Shown in pieces: positions 19,514 to 29,554 of a stretch of DNA of 32,000 bases (positions within the stretch are counted from its first letter, which is position 1; every line of letters begins with the position of its first letter). Under the pieces are notes generated by a model. The model worked only from the letters and a program-made list of their open reading frames with translations. It did not search any database and was not told the origin of the DNA. The translations under genes and the position numbers were made by a program. This stretch comes from Candidatus Saccharimonadota bacterium (GTDB lineage: Bacteria; Pseudomonadota; Gammaproteobacteria; Enterobacterales; Enterobacteriaceae): assembly GCF_012571795.1 (NCBI RefSeq), contig NZ_CP046222.1:150819-182818 (forward strand), written 5' to 3'.

Positions 19514-19992
19514 TTTTTAGTTTATTGATAAAATATAGTGTTATATAATAAATTTATATTCGTATGTAAAATTTATTAAATATTTTTTTATATTGTATAA
19601 AATATATTTTTTTTATTTTTGACATAACAAATACATATACATTACATTTAACTAATATATATGTACTAATCTGTAAAACACGCATTAAAACATTATGAAA
19701 AAATAATAAATATTAAAATAATGAATGTATTACAATATTTTTTCATGAAAAAAAATATTATATAATTAACATTATTAAATATTTTAATAAAAATAATATC
19801 ATAGCATATAATGATTTTTTTTTATAACAAATGTTGTTATATTTAATAATATAACTAATAGTTAGTTCATTTATTAAAATATACAATAAGTTTTATTATT
19901 ATTTTATTTAATATGTATAAATAAAAAGAATATGAATCATATATAAAACAATATTAACATAATATTTTATAAATATAAAAATTGAGGAATAT

Positions 19993-20862
19993 ATGACATA
20001 TTGGGGTAGATTAATAGGATTATTTATTGGTTTAATTTTTAATAATAATGTATTTGGTATACTTTTTTGTATATTAATTGGCTATTTAATTGATAAATTT
20101 TGTGCAATAAATATTAAAATTCATTATCAAAATTATAATTTCGATATAAAAACAATTTTTATTCAAACTACATTTGAAATAATGGGTTATATTAGTAAAT
20201 CTAAAGGGTTTGTTACTAAAAAAGATATTATAATTACCACACATGTAATACAACAATTAAATTTAACCCCTGAAGAAATAATTTTAGCGAAAAAGTTTTT
20301 TTATAATGGAAAACAAAAAGATTATCCTTTAATTTATAAATTAAATTGTTTTTATCATAAAATTATTACTCACAATGATTTATTAAATAAATTTTTAACC
20401 ATACAAATACAATTAGCATATGCAAATAATTATTTAGATAAACAAACAGAACAAATATTAAGAATAATATTACAAGAATTAAATATTCCTAATGAACATA
20501 TTGAGTTTATTCTAAATAATTCATATAAACAATATGTAGATCAAAATAATCAATCTTATAAAGAATTTAAAGAATTTTTTACACAATACCATCATCAACA
20601 AAATAAGTATCAATATTATTCTAAAAAACCTAATTCTTATGTTACAGAATTAGATCAAGCATATAATATATTGAACGTAAACAAAAATGATAATTTTGTA
20701 ACTATTAAAAAATCTTATTATAAATTAATGAGAAGATATCATCCAGATAAATTAATGTCACAAAAATATACACAGCAAGAATTACAAAATGCAAAAATTA
20801 AAACACAAGAAATACAAGCAGCATTTAATTTAATTAAAAAGCATAAATTTAATAAATGTTAA
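19993..20862 (+). CDS. djlA: Membrane-anchored co-chaperone DjlA
   Basis: N-terminal transmembrane segment (LIGLFIGLIF...ILFCILIGYLI), a central TerB-like region and a C-terminal J domain with HPD (YYKLMRRYHPDKL). Divergent from the ksgA operon, as in E. coli. Confidence 0.88.
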   Translation: MTYWGRLIGLFIGLIFNNNVFGILFCILIGYLIDKFCAINIKIHYQNYNFDIKTIFIQTTFEIMGYISKSKGFVTKKDIIITTHVIQQLNLTPEEIILAKKFFYNGKQKDYPLIYKLNCFYHKIITHNDLLNKFLTIQIQLAYANNYLDKQTEQILRIILQELNIPNEHIEFILNNSYKQYVDQNNQSYKEFKEFFTQYHHQQNKYQYYSKKPNSYVTELDQAYNILNVNKNDNFVTIKKSYYKLMRRYHPDKLMSQKYTQQELQNAKIKTQEIQAAFNLIKKHKFNKC

Positions 20863-20865
20863 TAT

Positions 20866-21261
20866 TTATATTTTGTTTGCTTCTATAATAACTAAAGCAC
20901 ATACATATTTTTTTTCATCAGATAAAGAAACATGTATATTATAATTTTCACATTTTTTTTTCATTGCATATAATGCTTGATTATAAAATACTAACTTAGG
21001 TTTGCCAGCATTATTATGACATAATTCAATATGTTTAAATAAAATACCTTTTGTAAATCCAGTATTTATTGCTTTAACAGCAGCTTCCTTTACTGCAAAA
21101 TGTTTTGCTAAAAAATTTATTTTATTTACATGACATTTTTCATATTTATATAATTCATACATAGTCAAAATTTTATTAGCTAATTTATTCTTAAAGCGTA
21201 CAAAGATATTTTGTATACGTAATATTTCAATAATATCTATACCAATACCTATAATATTCAT
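20866..21261 (-). CDS. acpS: Holo-[acyl-carrier-protein] synthase
   Basis: 131 aa. IGIGIDIIEILRI N-terminus, FAVKEAAVKA and H.SLSDE motifs typical of AcpS. Downstream of era in the rnc-era-(recO-pdxJ)-acpS context. Confidence 0.9.
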   Translation of the reverse strand: MNIIGIGIDIIEILRIQNIFVRFKNKLANKILTMYELYKYEKCHVNKINFLAKHFAVKEAAVKAINTGFTKGILFKHIELCHNNAGKPKLVFYNQALYAMKKKCENYNIHVSLSDEKKYVCALVIIEANKI

Positions 21262-21296
21262 TATTATTTATACTCTATTATTTTTATTAAAAAAAA

Positions 21297-22136
21297 TTAT
21301 TTATTATAATTATAAACCCATAATGTTAATATGATCTTTCTTTTAAAGAAAGAACATATATTTTTTTGAGTATGGTAAGTAATTAATTTTATTTTTTTGC
21401 CATTTTTACCTATGATAATTTTTTTATGTTGTTTTTTTTTTATAAATAACATACCTTCTACTGTTTTAAAATTTGGAAGATTGTTAATATAATTAACATT
21501 ATTTAATTTAATGTCAATTAAATAAGGTATTTCTTTATGAAGATAAAGTAGTAATTTTTCTCTAATAATGTCAATAATTATTAATTCTGGAGTTTGATTA
21601 GTAAGATAAGTAGCAGGATACAAATGTTTTTTTAAAGGTAATTGTTTACAAATAAATAAATTAATATGTTTAGTATATAGATTATTTTTAGCAGAAACCA
21701 TAAAAAGAGCAATAAATGAAATTTTTTTTTGTAATATACTTATATGAGATAATAAAATATTTTTATTTAAAATTAAATCTATTTTATTAATTATAATAAT
21801 AGTAGGTATATGAGTTACATTAATTATATTCATAATATTATCTTCTATAGAAGACCAATGTTTTCTATCTAATATAAATAAAATAAAATCAAATAATTGT
21901 TGTTTTAATAATTGTACAATATGTTTTCGATCATATATATTACCAGGAGTATCTATATATTCTATTTGATAATTTTTATTATTATATATTCCTAAAATAT
22001 TATGATTAGTTGTATTAATTTTATGTGATATAATAGAAATTTTTTCTCCAATTAAAGCATTTAATAAAGTAGATTTTCCAACATTAGAACGACCTATAAT
22101 AAATACACGACCATAATAACTAGATGAACTATTCAT
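21297..22136 (-). CDS. era: GTPase Era
   Basis: G1 GRSNVGKST, G3 DTPG, G4 NKID and a C-terminal KH domain (IIREKLLLYLHKEIPY, IIGKNGKKIK). 279 aa. It lacks the last ~20 residues of E. coli Era. Confidence 0.92.
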   Translation of the reverse strand: MNSSSSYYGRVFIIGRSNVGKSTLLNALIGEKISIISHKINTTNHNILGIYNNKNYQIEYIDTPGNIYDRKHIVQLLKQQLFDFILFILDRKHWSSIEDNIMNIINVTHIPTIIIINKIDLILNKNILLSHISILQKKISFIALFMVSAKNNLYTKHINLFICKQLPLKKHLYPATYLTNQTPELIIIDIIREKLLLYLHKEIPYLIDIKLNNVNYINNLPNFKTVEGMLFIKKKQHKKIIIGKNGKKIKLITYHTQKNICSFFKRKIILTLWVYNYNK

Positions 22137-22156
22137 ATCCTGTAATATAAGAAAAA

Positions 22157-22843
22157 TTAATAATCATATTTTTCTATTCCTAATCGTATTAATGCTTGTT
22201 CTGCAGCAGATTGTTCTGCTTTACGACGACTAGACCCAATACCTGTAATAATTTCTGATATACCATTAATTTTACATTGTATAATAAATTTTTGATTATG
22301 TACTTCTCCATTAATTTGTATTATACAATAATATGGTAATGGTAAATGTGATCTTTGTAAATATTCTTGTAATCTTGTTTTAGGATCTTTTTGATTATTA
22401 CCGGGAATAATCGTTTTTAATCTTATTTGATACCATATTAAAATAATATGTTCTACAGTTTTTATATTACTATCTAAACAAATACTACCAATTAATGCTT
22501 CTATAGTATCTGCTAAAATAGATTCTCTATCATAACCACCATTTTTAAATTCTCCTGGTCCTAAAAATAAATATTTACCTAAATTAAATTCCCTAGCAAT
22601 ACTAGCTAATGTATCTCCACGTACTAAAGTTGCACGCATACGACTCATATTGCCTTCATTAACATTAGGAAACTTATTATATAAGGCTTTAGCTATAATA
22701 TAGCTTAGTATAGAATCTCCTAAAAATTCCAATCTTTCGTTATGTTTACTACTTGCACTACGATGAGTTAAAGCTTGATATAATAAATCCTGATGATGAA
22801 AAATATAACCTATCTTTTTTTGTAATTTATTTATCATAAGCAA
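22157..22843 (-). CDS. rnc: Ribonuclease III
   Basis: RNase III signature [12 protein letters not shown], the ESILADT.EALIG catalytic region and a C-terminal dsRBD ([16 protein letters not shown]). The start could instead be the second or third codon Met. Confidence 0.96.
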   Translation of the reverse strand: MLMINKLQKKIGYIFHHQDLLYQALTHRSASSKHNERLEFLGDSILSYIIAKALYNKFPNVNEGNMSRMRATLVRGDTLASIAREFNLGKYLFLGPGEFKNGGYDRESILADTIEALIGSICLDSNIKTVEHIILIWYQIRLKTIIPGNNQKDPKTRLQEYLQRSHLPLPYYCIIQINGEVHNQKFIIQCKINGISEIITGIGSSRRKAEQSAAEQALIRLGIEKYDY

Positions 22844-22892
22844 AATTATGTTTTAATGTATCATACATTATATAAATATCTATATCATTAAT

Positions 22893-23801
22893 TCAATGTA
22901 TTAATTTTAAAATTCTATTTGTACGAATACTTGTAGGCCATTTATTTCCTTCTTTTTGTAAACTTAATACAATTATATAAGCTTTACCTAAAATATATTT
23001 TTTATGTATAAAACCCCAATAACGGCTATCATAACTATTATCACGATTATCGCCCAATACAAAATAAAAATTATTAGGAATGATTAATGTACAACTTGTT
23101 TTATTTATAGATTGACAATATTTATAAAATAAAAAAATATCATTATTAGATGTACATAATGTTTTATTATTATGGTTTTTCTCTTGTGTATGTATAATAT
23201 TATTACCTTGATTATCTATACATATATTATTATTTTGTGTAATATTAGATATTGACCCATCTTGCACTAAATTATTATAATTTATCACAGTTTTTAAAAC
23301 ATATGTACCATTAGTTTTTAATTTATTATATATTGTTATAGTTTTATTATATTTGTTATAAATTATTTTATCACCTGGCAAACCAATAACTCTTTTAACA
23401 AAATTGTATTTTATATTTTTAGGATATTGAAAAACAATGACGTCATCTATATGAGGCAATTGATTTTTAAATATCGTTGCATTATTAAATGGATTATGCA
23501 TACCATAAATAAATTTGTTTACTAAAATAATATCACCAGTTAATAAATTAGGAATCATAGATCCTGAAGATATTAAACAAGGCTCATATATAAAAGAACG
23601 TATTATAAATATTATAAATATTATAGGAAAAAAAGAACCTATTTCTTGTCGCCATGTTTTTTTTTTAATATCTAAATGGTAATAAAAATTAATATTTCTT
23701 TTAAAGAATTTTGTATATATAATAGAAAATATATTATATATCCATATAATTCCTGTAATCAGCATGCTGAATATTAGTATTTTTGTTAATAAATTATTCA
23801 T
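22893..23801 (-). CDS. lepB: Signal peptidase I
   Basis: Two N-terminal TM segments, catalytic Ser box SSGSMIPNLL, Lys box KRVIGLPGD and GDNRDNSYDSRYWGF. Confidence 0.94.
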   Translation of the reverse strand: MNNLLTKILIFSMLITGIIWIYNIFSIIYTKFFKRNINFYYHLDIKKKTWRQEIGSFFPIIFIIFIIRSFIYEPCLISSGSMIPNLLTGDIILVNKFIYGMHNPFNNATIFKNQLPHIDDVIVFQYPKNIKYNFVKRVIGLPGDKIIYNKYNKTITIYNKLKTNGTYVLKTVINYNNLVQDGSISNITQNNNICIDNQGNNIIHTQEKNHNNKTLCTSNNDIFLFYKYCQSINKTSCTLIIPNNFYFVLGDNRDNSYDSRYWGFIHKKYILGKAYIIVLSLQKEGNKWPTSIRTNRILKLIH

Positions 23802-23817
23802 AATATTTTTTTTAAAT

Positions 23818-25605
23818 TTATTTTTTTATATTTAATACAGTTAAAAATACTGATGAAGGTAATAATACATTACCAATATTTTTCATACGTTTTTTACCTA
23901 ATTTTTGTTTTTGAATAAGTTTTTTTTTTCTACTAATATCACCTCCATAACATTTTGCAATAACATTTTTACGTAATGGTTTAATACGAGCACTAGCAAT
24001 AATTTTATTGCCTACAGCAGCTTGAATAGTAATATCAAATTGTTGTCTAGGAATTAAAGAAGTAATTTTATTTACTAATATACGACTAGAATAATAAATT
24101 TGTTTTTTATACGCAATAATAGTTAAAGCATCTACACATTTTTGATTAATTAATATATTAATACAAACTATATCAGCTTTTTTAAATTTTACAAATGAAT
24201 AATCTAATGAAGCATAACCTTTTGTAATAGATTTTAATTGATCAAAAAAATTTATAATAACTTCTAACATTGGTATCTCATATACTAACATTACATGATT
24301 TTTATAATAAATCATATCAGTTTGTATACCATTTTTGTCAGAACATAGTTTTATAATTTTACCAACATATATAATAGGTGATAAAATTTTACATTGTACA
24401 ATAGGCTCTTTTATAACTTTAATAATATTTATTAAAGGGAATTTAGCAGGATTATCTTCATAAATAATTTTATTATTTATAGTTTCAATTTCATATTTTA
24501 CTGTAGGAGTAGTAGCAATAATATCAATATTATATTCACGTAATAAACGTTGTTGAATAATTTCCATATGTAATAATCCAAGAAAACCACATCTAAATCC
24601 AAAACCTAAAATACCAGAATTTTCTGTTTCAAATGTTAATGCAGAATCATTAAGACTTAATTTTTTTAATGCTGTACTAAAACCTTTATAATCATTTGTA
24701 TTAACAGGAAATATGCCTGCATAAACTTTAGGAGTACTTTTTTGAAATCCAGATAAAATATTTTTAGATGGATTTATAAATGATGTTATGGTACCACCAA
24801 TAGGAACATCAGTTATATTTTTAATACCTAAAATAATCCAACCTACATTACCACACTTTAAATATTTTAATGCTATTTTTTTAGGAGTAAATATGCCAAT
24901 TTTTTCTACTGTATAAATTTTATTATTATTCATAATAATAACTTTGTGACCTTGATATATTATACCATTTTTTACACGTATAAATGCTACAACACCTAAA
25001 TAATTATCAAACCATGAATCAATAATTAATGCCTGTGTTGGTAATGTTATATTACCTTGAGGAGCAGGAATTTTATATATAATTTCTTCAATAATTTCTT
25101 TAATGCCAATACCAGTTTTAGCAGAACATTGCAAACAATGATATTTGTTTATACCAATAATTTCTTTAATATCTAATTTAATTTTCTCAATATTAGTCAT
25201 TAATAAATCAATCTTATTAATAACAGGTAATACTGTTAATCCCATACTAATAGCAGTATTATAATTAGATAAAGTTTGTGCTTCTATCCCTTGACTAGCA
25301 TCAATAAGTAATAATGCTCCTTCACATGCAGCAAGAGATCTAGATACTTCATATGAAAAATCAACATGTCCTGGAGTATCAATAAAATTTATTGTATAAA
25401 TAATATCATTAAATTTATAATTTAATGTAACACTTTGTGCTTTAATTGTAATTCCTTTTTCTTTTTCTAAATCCATAGTATCTAATACTTGTTCTTTCAT
25501 TTCTCTTTGAGTCAGACCGCCACATAACTCTATTAAACGATCAGAAAAAGTAGATTTACCATGATCAATATGTGCAATAATAGAAAAGTTCCTAATATTT
25601 TTCAT
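23818..25605 (-). CDS. lepA: Elongation factor 4 (LepA)
   Basis: [19 protein letters not shown] matches the E. coli LepA N-terminus exactly in register, so I place the start at the internal ATG (25605). The ORF-track start is 30 nt upstream (25635). Also has [12 protein letters not shown] and a conserved C-terminal domain. Confidence 0.95.
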   Translation of the reverse strand: MKNIRNFSIIAHIDHGKSTFSDRLIELCGGLTQREMKEQVLDTMDLEKEKGITIKAQSVTLNYKFNDIIYTINFIDTPGHVDFSYEVSRSLAACEGALLLIDASQGIEAQTLSNYNTAISMGLTVLPVINKIDLLMTNIEKIKLDIKEIIGINKYHCLQCSAKTGIGIKEIIEEIIYKIPAPQGNITLPTQALIIDSWFDNYLGVVAFIRVKNGIIYQGHKVIIMNNNKIYTVEKIGIFTPKKIALKYLKCGNVGWIILGIKNITDVPIGGTITSFINPSKNILSGFQKSTPKVYAGIFPVNTNDYKGFSTALKKLSLNDSALTFETENSGILGFGFRCGFLGLLHMEIIQQRLLREYNIDIIATTPTVKYEIETINNKIIYEDNPAKFPLINIIKVIKEPIVQCKILSPIIYVGKIIKLCSDKNGIQTDMIYYKNHVMLVYEIPMLEVIINFFDQLKSITKGYASLDYSFVKFKKADIVCINILINQKCVDALTIIAYKKQIYYSSRILVNKITSLIPRQQFDITIQAAVGNKIIASARIKPLRKNVIAKCYGGDISRKKKLIQKQKLGKKRMKNIGNVLLPSSVFLTVLNIKK

Positions 25606-25654
25606 ACATAATAATTTTATATAAATAATTAACATATTATATTATATGATAAAT

Positions 25655-27700
25655 TTATATTTTTATACCTTTATGTTTGATTAAAGATTGAATATTTAAT
25701 TCTCTGCCACGAAATTTTTTAAATGCAACTAAAATATTTTGAGAACATCCTATAGATAAAATATTATCAAAAAAATTTTTTCCAATTATAGGATTAAATA
25801 ATCCATTAATTTTAAAATAATCAAATGCATCTGCAGCTAATTGTTCTGCCCATAAATAACTATAATATCCTGCAGAATATTCACCACCAAAAATATGACT
25901 AAAACTGTTTAATGATTTATTCCATGAAGGTATAGGTAATATTGTAATGATATTTTTTCTAATATTATTTATTATTTTAATAATATGTGTTTTATTAATA
26001 TTATTGTTGTTTATATTATGTAAATTAATATCTAATAAACTTAATTCTAATTGTCTCATTAAATATAATGCAGCATGATATTTTTTAGAATCTATTAAAC
26101 GTTTTATAAGATAGGATGGCATAGATATATTATTTTGATAATGTCTTGAAATTAATTTAATAACTTTAGGTTCCCAACACCAATATTCCATAAATTGGCT
26201 AGGAAATTCTACTATATCTAAAGGAATTCCATTAATTCCTGATATATTAGTTATATTTATTTTAGAAACAATATGATGTAATGCATGTCCAAATTCATGA
26301 AATAATGTTAATACTTCAGTATGATTTAATAATGTAATATGTTCAGATTCATAATTAAAATTACAATTAACATATGCTACAGGATATTGTAGCTTATTAT
26401 TACTTTTTAACATTCTTGTTTGACATATATCCATCCATGCACCACTTCTTTTATTTTGACGTATATATAAATCAAAATATATACTTCCACATAAAATATT
26501 ATTTTTATCAAATACATCAAAAAATATAACATATGGATCCCAAATTTCTACTTGTCTTTTTTTAAAAACAAGACCATATATTTTATTGATTAAAGTAAAC
26601 ATACCAAATATAACATTATCAATTGGAAAATATTCACGAATTAATTCATCATTAATATTATATAAATAAGATTTATATTGTTCAGAAAAAAACATAATAT
26701 CCCATGGGTTAAAATCTGTTATATTATATTTTTTTTTTATAAATAATTTTAAATCATATACTTCTTGTTTTGCTTGTAAGCTAACTAATTTAACAAGTTT
26801 ATTTAAAAAATTAAGTACATTTTCTAATTTTTGTGCAGATTTTGTAATTATAGAGTGTTGTGAATAAGTATGATATCCAAATAAATTAGATAATTTACAA
26901 CGTAATGATAATTCTTCCATGATAATAGGAAAATTATCCCATTTAATATTTGTGTCTAATGTTGATGCTCTTACATTATAAGCATAATATATTTTTTTTC
27001 TTAAATAAATATTTTTACTATGTGTTAAAATAGATAAATAAATAGGTAAATCTAATGTAATTAAATAACCTTGTTTTTTTTTATTAATAGCTTGTTTTTT
27101 TAAGATAATAATAATATTTTTAGGTATTCCTTCTAATATTTTTTGATCTAATACATTATATTTCCAAGATATAGAACTATCAAAAATATTATTATTAAAT
27201 TTAATTTGTAATATAGATAAACGTTTAATAATTTGATTATATATGATATTTTTTTCTTTAGTTAATAAAATACCAGATAATCTAAAATCACGTAAAATAT
27301 TATTAATAGAAATTTTTTGTAATTTATTTAATTTCTTATTAACTATATCATTATTATTAATATAATTATAAATATTATAAATTTCTTTATGATTACTAAT
27401 CCATAAATTATAATTTGTAACTATTTTTATAATATTTGTATATATATCTCTTAAACTATTTGTATTTTGTACATAATTTAAATGATTAATGATAGAAAAT
27501 ACACGGTTTAATTGTTCATCTAATTCAAAAATAGGTTGACAAAAATTATCCCATGTATAGTTATTTTTATGTTTCTTTATTAAAGATTCAATATTTTTAT
27601 AACAATTATTAATAATTATTTTTATTGCTTCTAGTATTAGATCATATTTAATTTTATTAAATGGTGGTAATATAAAATTTGATAATAAAATATTATTCAT
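25655..27700 (-). CDS. prlC: Oligopeptidase A (M3 family)
   Basis: Zinc motif TLFHEFGHALHH, plus YVNCNF, GGEYSAGYYSYLWA and other segments collinear with E. coli PrlC. 681 versus 680 aa. Confidence 0.94.
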   Translation of the reverse strand: MNNILLSNFILPPFNKIKYDLILEAIKIIINNCYKNIESLIKKHKNNYTWDNFCQPIFELDEQLNRVFSIINHLNYVQNTNSLRDIYTNIIKIVTNYNLWISNHKEIYNIYNYINNNDIVNKKLNKLQKISINNILRDFRLSGILLTKEKNIIYNQIIKRLSILQIKFNNNIFDSSISWKYNVLDQKILEGIPKNIIIILKKQAINKKKQGYLITLDLPIYLSILTHSKNIYLRKKIYYAYNVRASTLDTNIKWDNFPIIMEELSLRCKLSNLFGYHTYSQHSIITKSAQKLENVLNFLNKLVKLVSLQAKQEVYDLKLFIKKKYNITDFNPWDIMFFSEQYKSYLYNINDELIREYFPIDNVIFGMFTLINKIYGLVFKKRQVEIWDPYVIFFDVFDKNNILCGSIYFDLYIRQNKRSGAWMDICQTRMLKSNNKLQYPVAYVNCNFNYESEHITLLNHTEVLTLFHEFGHALHHIVSKINITNISGINGIPLDIVEFPSQFMEYWCWEPKVIKLISRHYQNNISMPSYLIKRLIDSKKYHAALYLMRQLELSLLDINLHNINNNNINKTHIIKIINNIRKNIITILPIPSWNKSLNSFSHIFGGEYSAGYYSYLWAEQLAADAFDYFKINGLFNPIIGKNFFDNILSIGCSQNILVAFKKFRGRELNIQSLIKHKGIKI

Positions 27701-27788
27701 AATAATACTCTGTTTAAAAAAAAAAAATAAAATATATTTAACATAAAAATAAATAATTTATATTTTTAAAAATATTAATTTATAATAT

Positions 27789-28529
27789 TTATTTAATATT
27801 ATTTTGTCTTATTATCTCAAATAAAATAATGCCTGTTGCTACAGAAACATTTAATGATTCTACATTATTAAATGTAGGTATTGAACATATTATATCACAT
27901 TTTTTTTTTATTAATGGTCTTATGCCTTTGTGTTCAGAACCTATTATTAAACATAAAGGATATGTAAAATGATAATTATAAATCAAATTATTACTTGTAC
28001 TATCAGTACCAATAATATTAATATTATGTTTTTTAAATAAAATAAGAATTTGTATTATATTTTTTACAAAAATAATAGGAACTAATTCTGTTGTGCCACA
28101 AGAAGTTTTTCTTGCTACTGCATTAATTTTAGCTGTAAAATGTTTTGGTATAATAATTATATTAATGTTAGCAGCTACAGCACTTCTTATACAAGCTCCT
28201 ATATTATGTTGATCTGTAATATTATCTAATATAAGAATAAATGGATTTTTTAATTTATTAAGTAAATACATGATATCATTTTGTTGATAATGTTTTTTGT
28301 GAATAATATAAGCTAACAAACCTTGATGTACTCTATTATGTGTTTGTTTATCTAACCATTTTTTATCAACTTGTTGTATACAAATATTATATTTTTTTAT
28401 ATAACAAAATAATTGTTGTATTATTTTAGACTTTTTTTTATTTTTTAAAATAAATAATTTTTTACATATTTTAGGATTATTTTTTAATAAACTTATAATA
28501 GGATGTATTCCAAATATAATGTCTTCCAT
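27789..28529 (-). CDS. rlmB: 23S rRNA (Gm2251) 2'-O-methyltransferase RlmB (SpoU/TrmH family)
   Basis: IFGIHPI N-terminus, VHQGL.A, ILD.ITD.HN.GAC.RSA, GSEHKGIRPL and SLNVSVATGI.LFE motifs collinear with E. coli RlmB. 246 versus 243 aa. Confidence 0.9.
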   Translation of the reverse strand: MEDIIFGIHPIISLLKNNPKICKKLFILKNKKKSKIIQQLFCYIKKYNICIQQVDKKWLDKQTHNRVHQGLLAYIIHKKHYQQNDIMYLLNKLKNPFILILDNITDQHNIGACIRSAVAANINIIIIPKHFTAKINAVARKTSCGTTELVPIIFVKNIIQILILFKKHNINIIGTDSTSNNLIYNYHFTYPLCLIIGSEHKGIRPLIKKKCDIICSIPTFNNVESLNVSVATGIILFEIIRQNNIK

Positions 28530-28605
28530 ATTTATTTTTGTTAATATTTAAAAACTATAATATATCATGTTTTATGAATTTTATAAAATTAAAAAATATT
28601 TATAT

Positions 28606-29547
28606 TTATTTATATATACTATTTTTAACTAATTTAATAATAGTATCATAAATTTTATTTTCATAAGTACTATCAAACCATTGAATATTATTTATTTTTT
28701 TTAACCAAGTTATTTGTTTTTTAGATAGATACTTTGTCATTTTAATAATATCATTAATCATATTAGAAAAATTTATTTTATTCTGAATATAATATAACAT
28801 TTGCTTATATCCAATACAATGCATAGCAGGATAATCTTCCTTTAAATATTGATTATTAATTAGATAACGTACTTCAGATTCAAAACCTAAATCTATCATA
28901 TCCATGATTCGTTGCGTAATAGATTGAAACAATTGATCACGATTAAAATATGTTAAAGCAAATTGATAAATATAATATGGTAATATTGGTCCTGGAGTTT
29001 TAATTAATGTACTTAAAGTTTTGCCAGTAATAAAGAATATTTCTATTGCTCTAATAATTCTTTTTGTATCATTAAAATGAATTCTTTTAGCACTAATAGG
29101 ATCTATTTGACATAACATATTATGATATGAACTAAATTTTTTATTTTTTATTTGTTGAAAAATTATATTTCTTATATATTGATTTGATTTAGGCAATGGT
29201 GACATAGCATTCATTAATCTATGATAATAAAATATTGTACCGCCAACTAATAATGGTATTTTACCTTTTTTTGTAATATTACACATAATATTAATAGTAT
29301 CTTGATAAAAATCATAAACAGAATATTTCTGATATGGTTCTTTAATATCAATTAACCAATGTTTACTATAAAATTGATGATTTTTATTAGGTTTTGCTGT
29401 ACCAATATTTAATTTTTTATAAATTAATGCTGAATCAACACTAATTAATTCTATTGGTAATACATGAGCCAACTTCATAGCTATATGGGTTTTTTTAGAT
29501 GCAGTAGTACCCATTAAAAAAATTGCTATTGGTAATTTATTATTCAT
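28606..29547 (-). CDS. miaA: tRNA dimethylallyltransferase MiaA
   Basis: IFLMGTTASKKT P-loop region, ELISVDSALIYKK.NIGTAKP, PLLVGGT, the IH.ND..R..RA.E..F..GK motif and KRQ.TWL-like KKQITWL. Directly downstream of mutL, as in E. coli. Confidence 0.93.
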   Translation of the reverse strand: MNNKLPIAIFLMGTTASKKTHIAMKLAHVLPIELISVDSALIYKKLNIGTAKPNKNHQFYSKHWLIDIKEPYQKYSVYDFYQDTINIMCNITKKGKIPLLVGGTIFYYHRLMNAMSPLPKSNQYIRNIIFQQIKNKKFSSYHNMLCQIDPISAKRIHFNDTKRIIRAIEIFFITGKTLSTLIKTPGPILPYYIYQFALTYFNRDQLFQSITQRIMDMIDLGFESEVRYLINNQYLKEDYPAMHCIGYKQMLYYIQNKINFSNMINDIIKMTKYLSKKQITWLKKINNIQWFDSTYENKIYDTIIKLVKNSIYK

Positions 29548-29554
29548 TTAATAT

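Noticed and set aside
19542-19570. Possible sigma-70 promoter for the ksgA operon (minus strand TTTACA-17 nt-TATATA)
   Set aside because: The match is imperfect, and such hexamers are abundant in ~80% A/T sequence. It cannot be distinguished from background without TSS data.
19734-19759. AT-only palindrome AATATTTTTT-catgaa-AAAAAATATT in the ksgA/djlA spacer
   Set aside because: Pure A/T inverted repeats of this size are expected by chance at this base composition. The stem would be very weak and no flanking signal suggests a function.
19824-19840. 7-bp inverted repeat ATAACAA-atg-TTGTTAT preceded by a T9 run
   Set aside because: The T-run is on the wrong side for a terminator on either strand, and the stem is too short and AT-rich. 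Likely chance.
25606-25635. 10-codon N-terminal extension of lepA ([10 protein letters not shown]) in the ORF track
   Set aside because: The E. coli LepA N-terminus [19 protein letters not shown] aligns exactly from the internal Met. The extension is most likely just open frame upstream of the true start.
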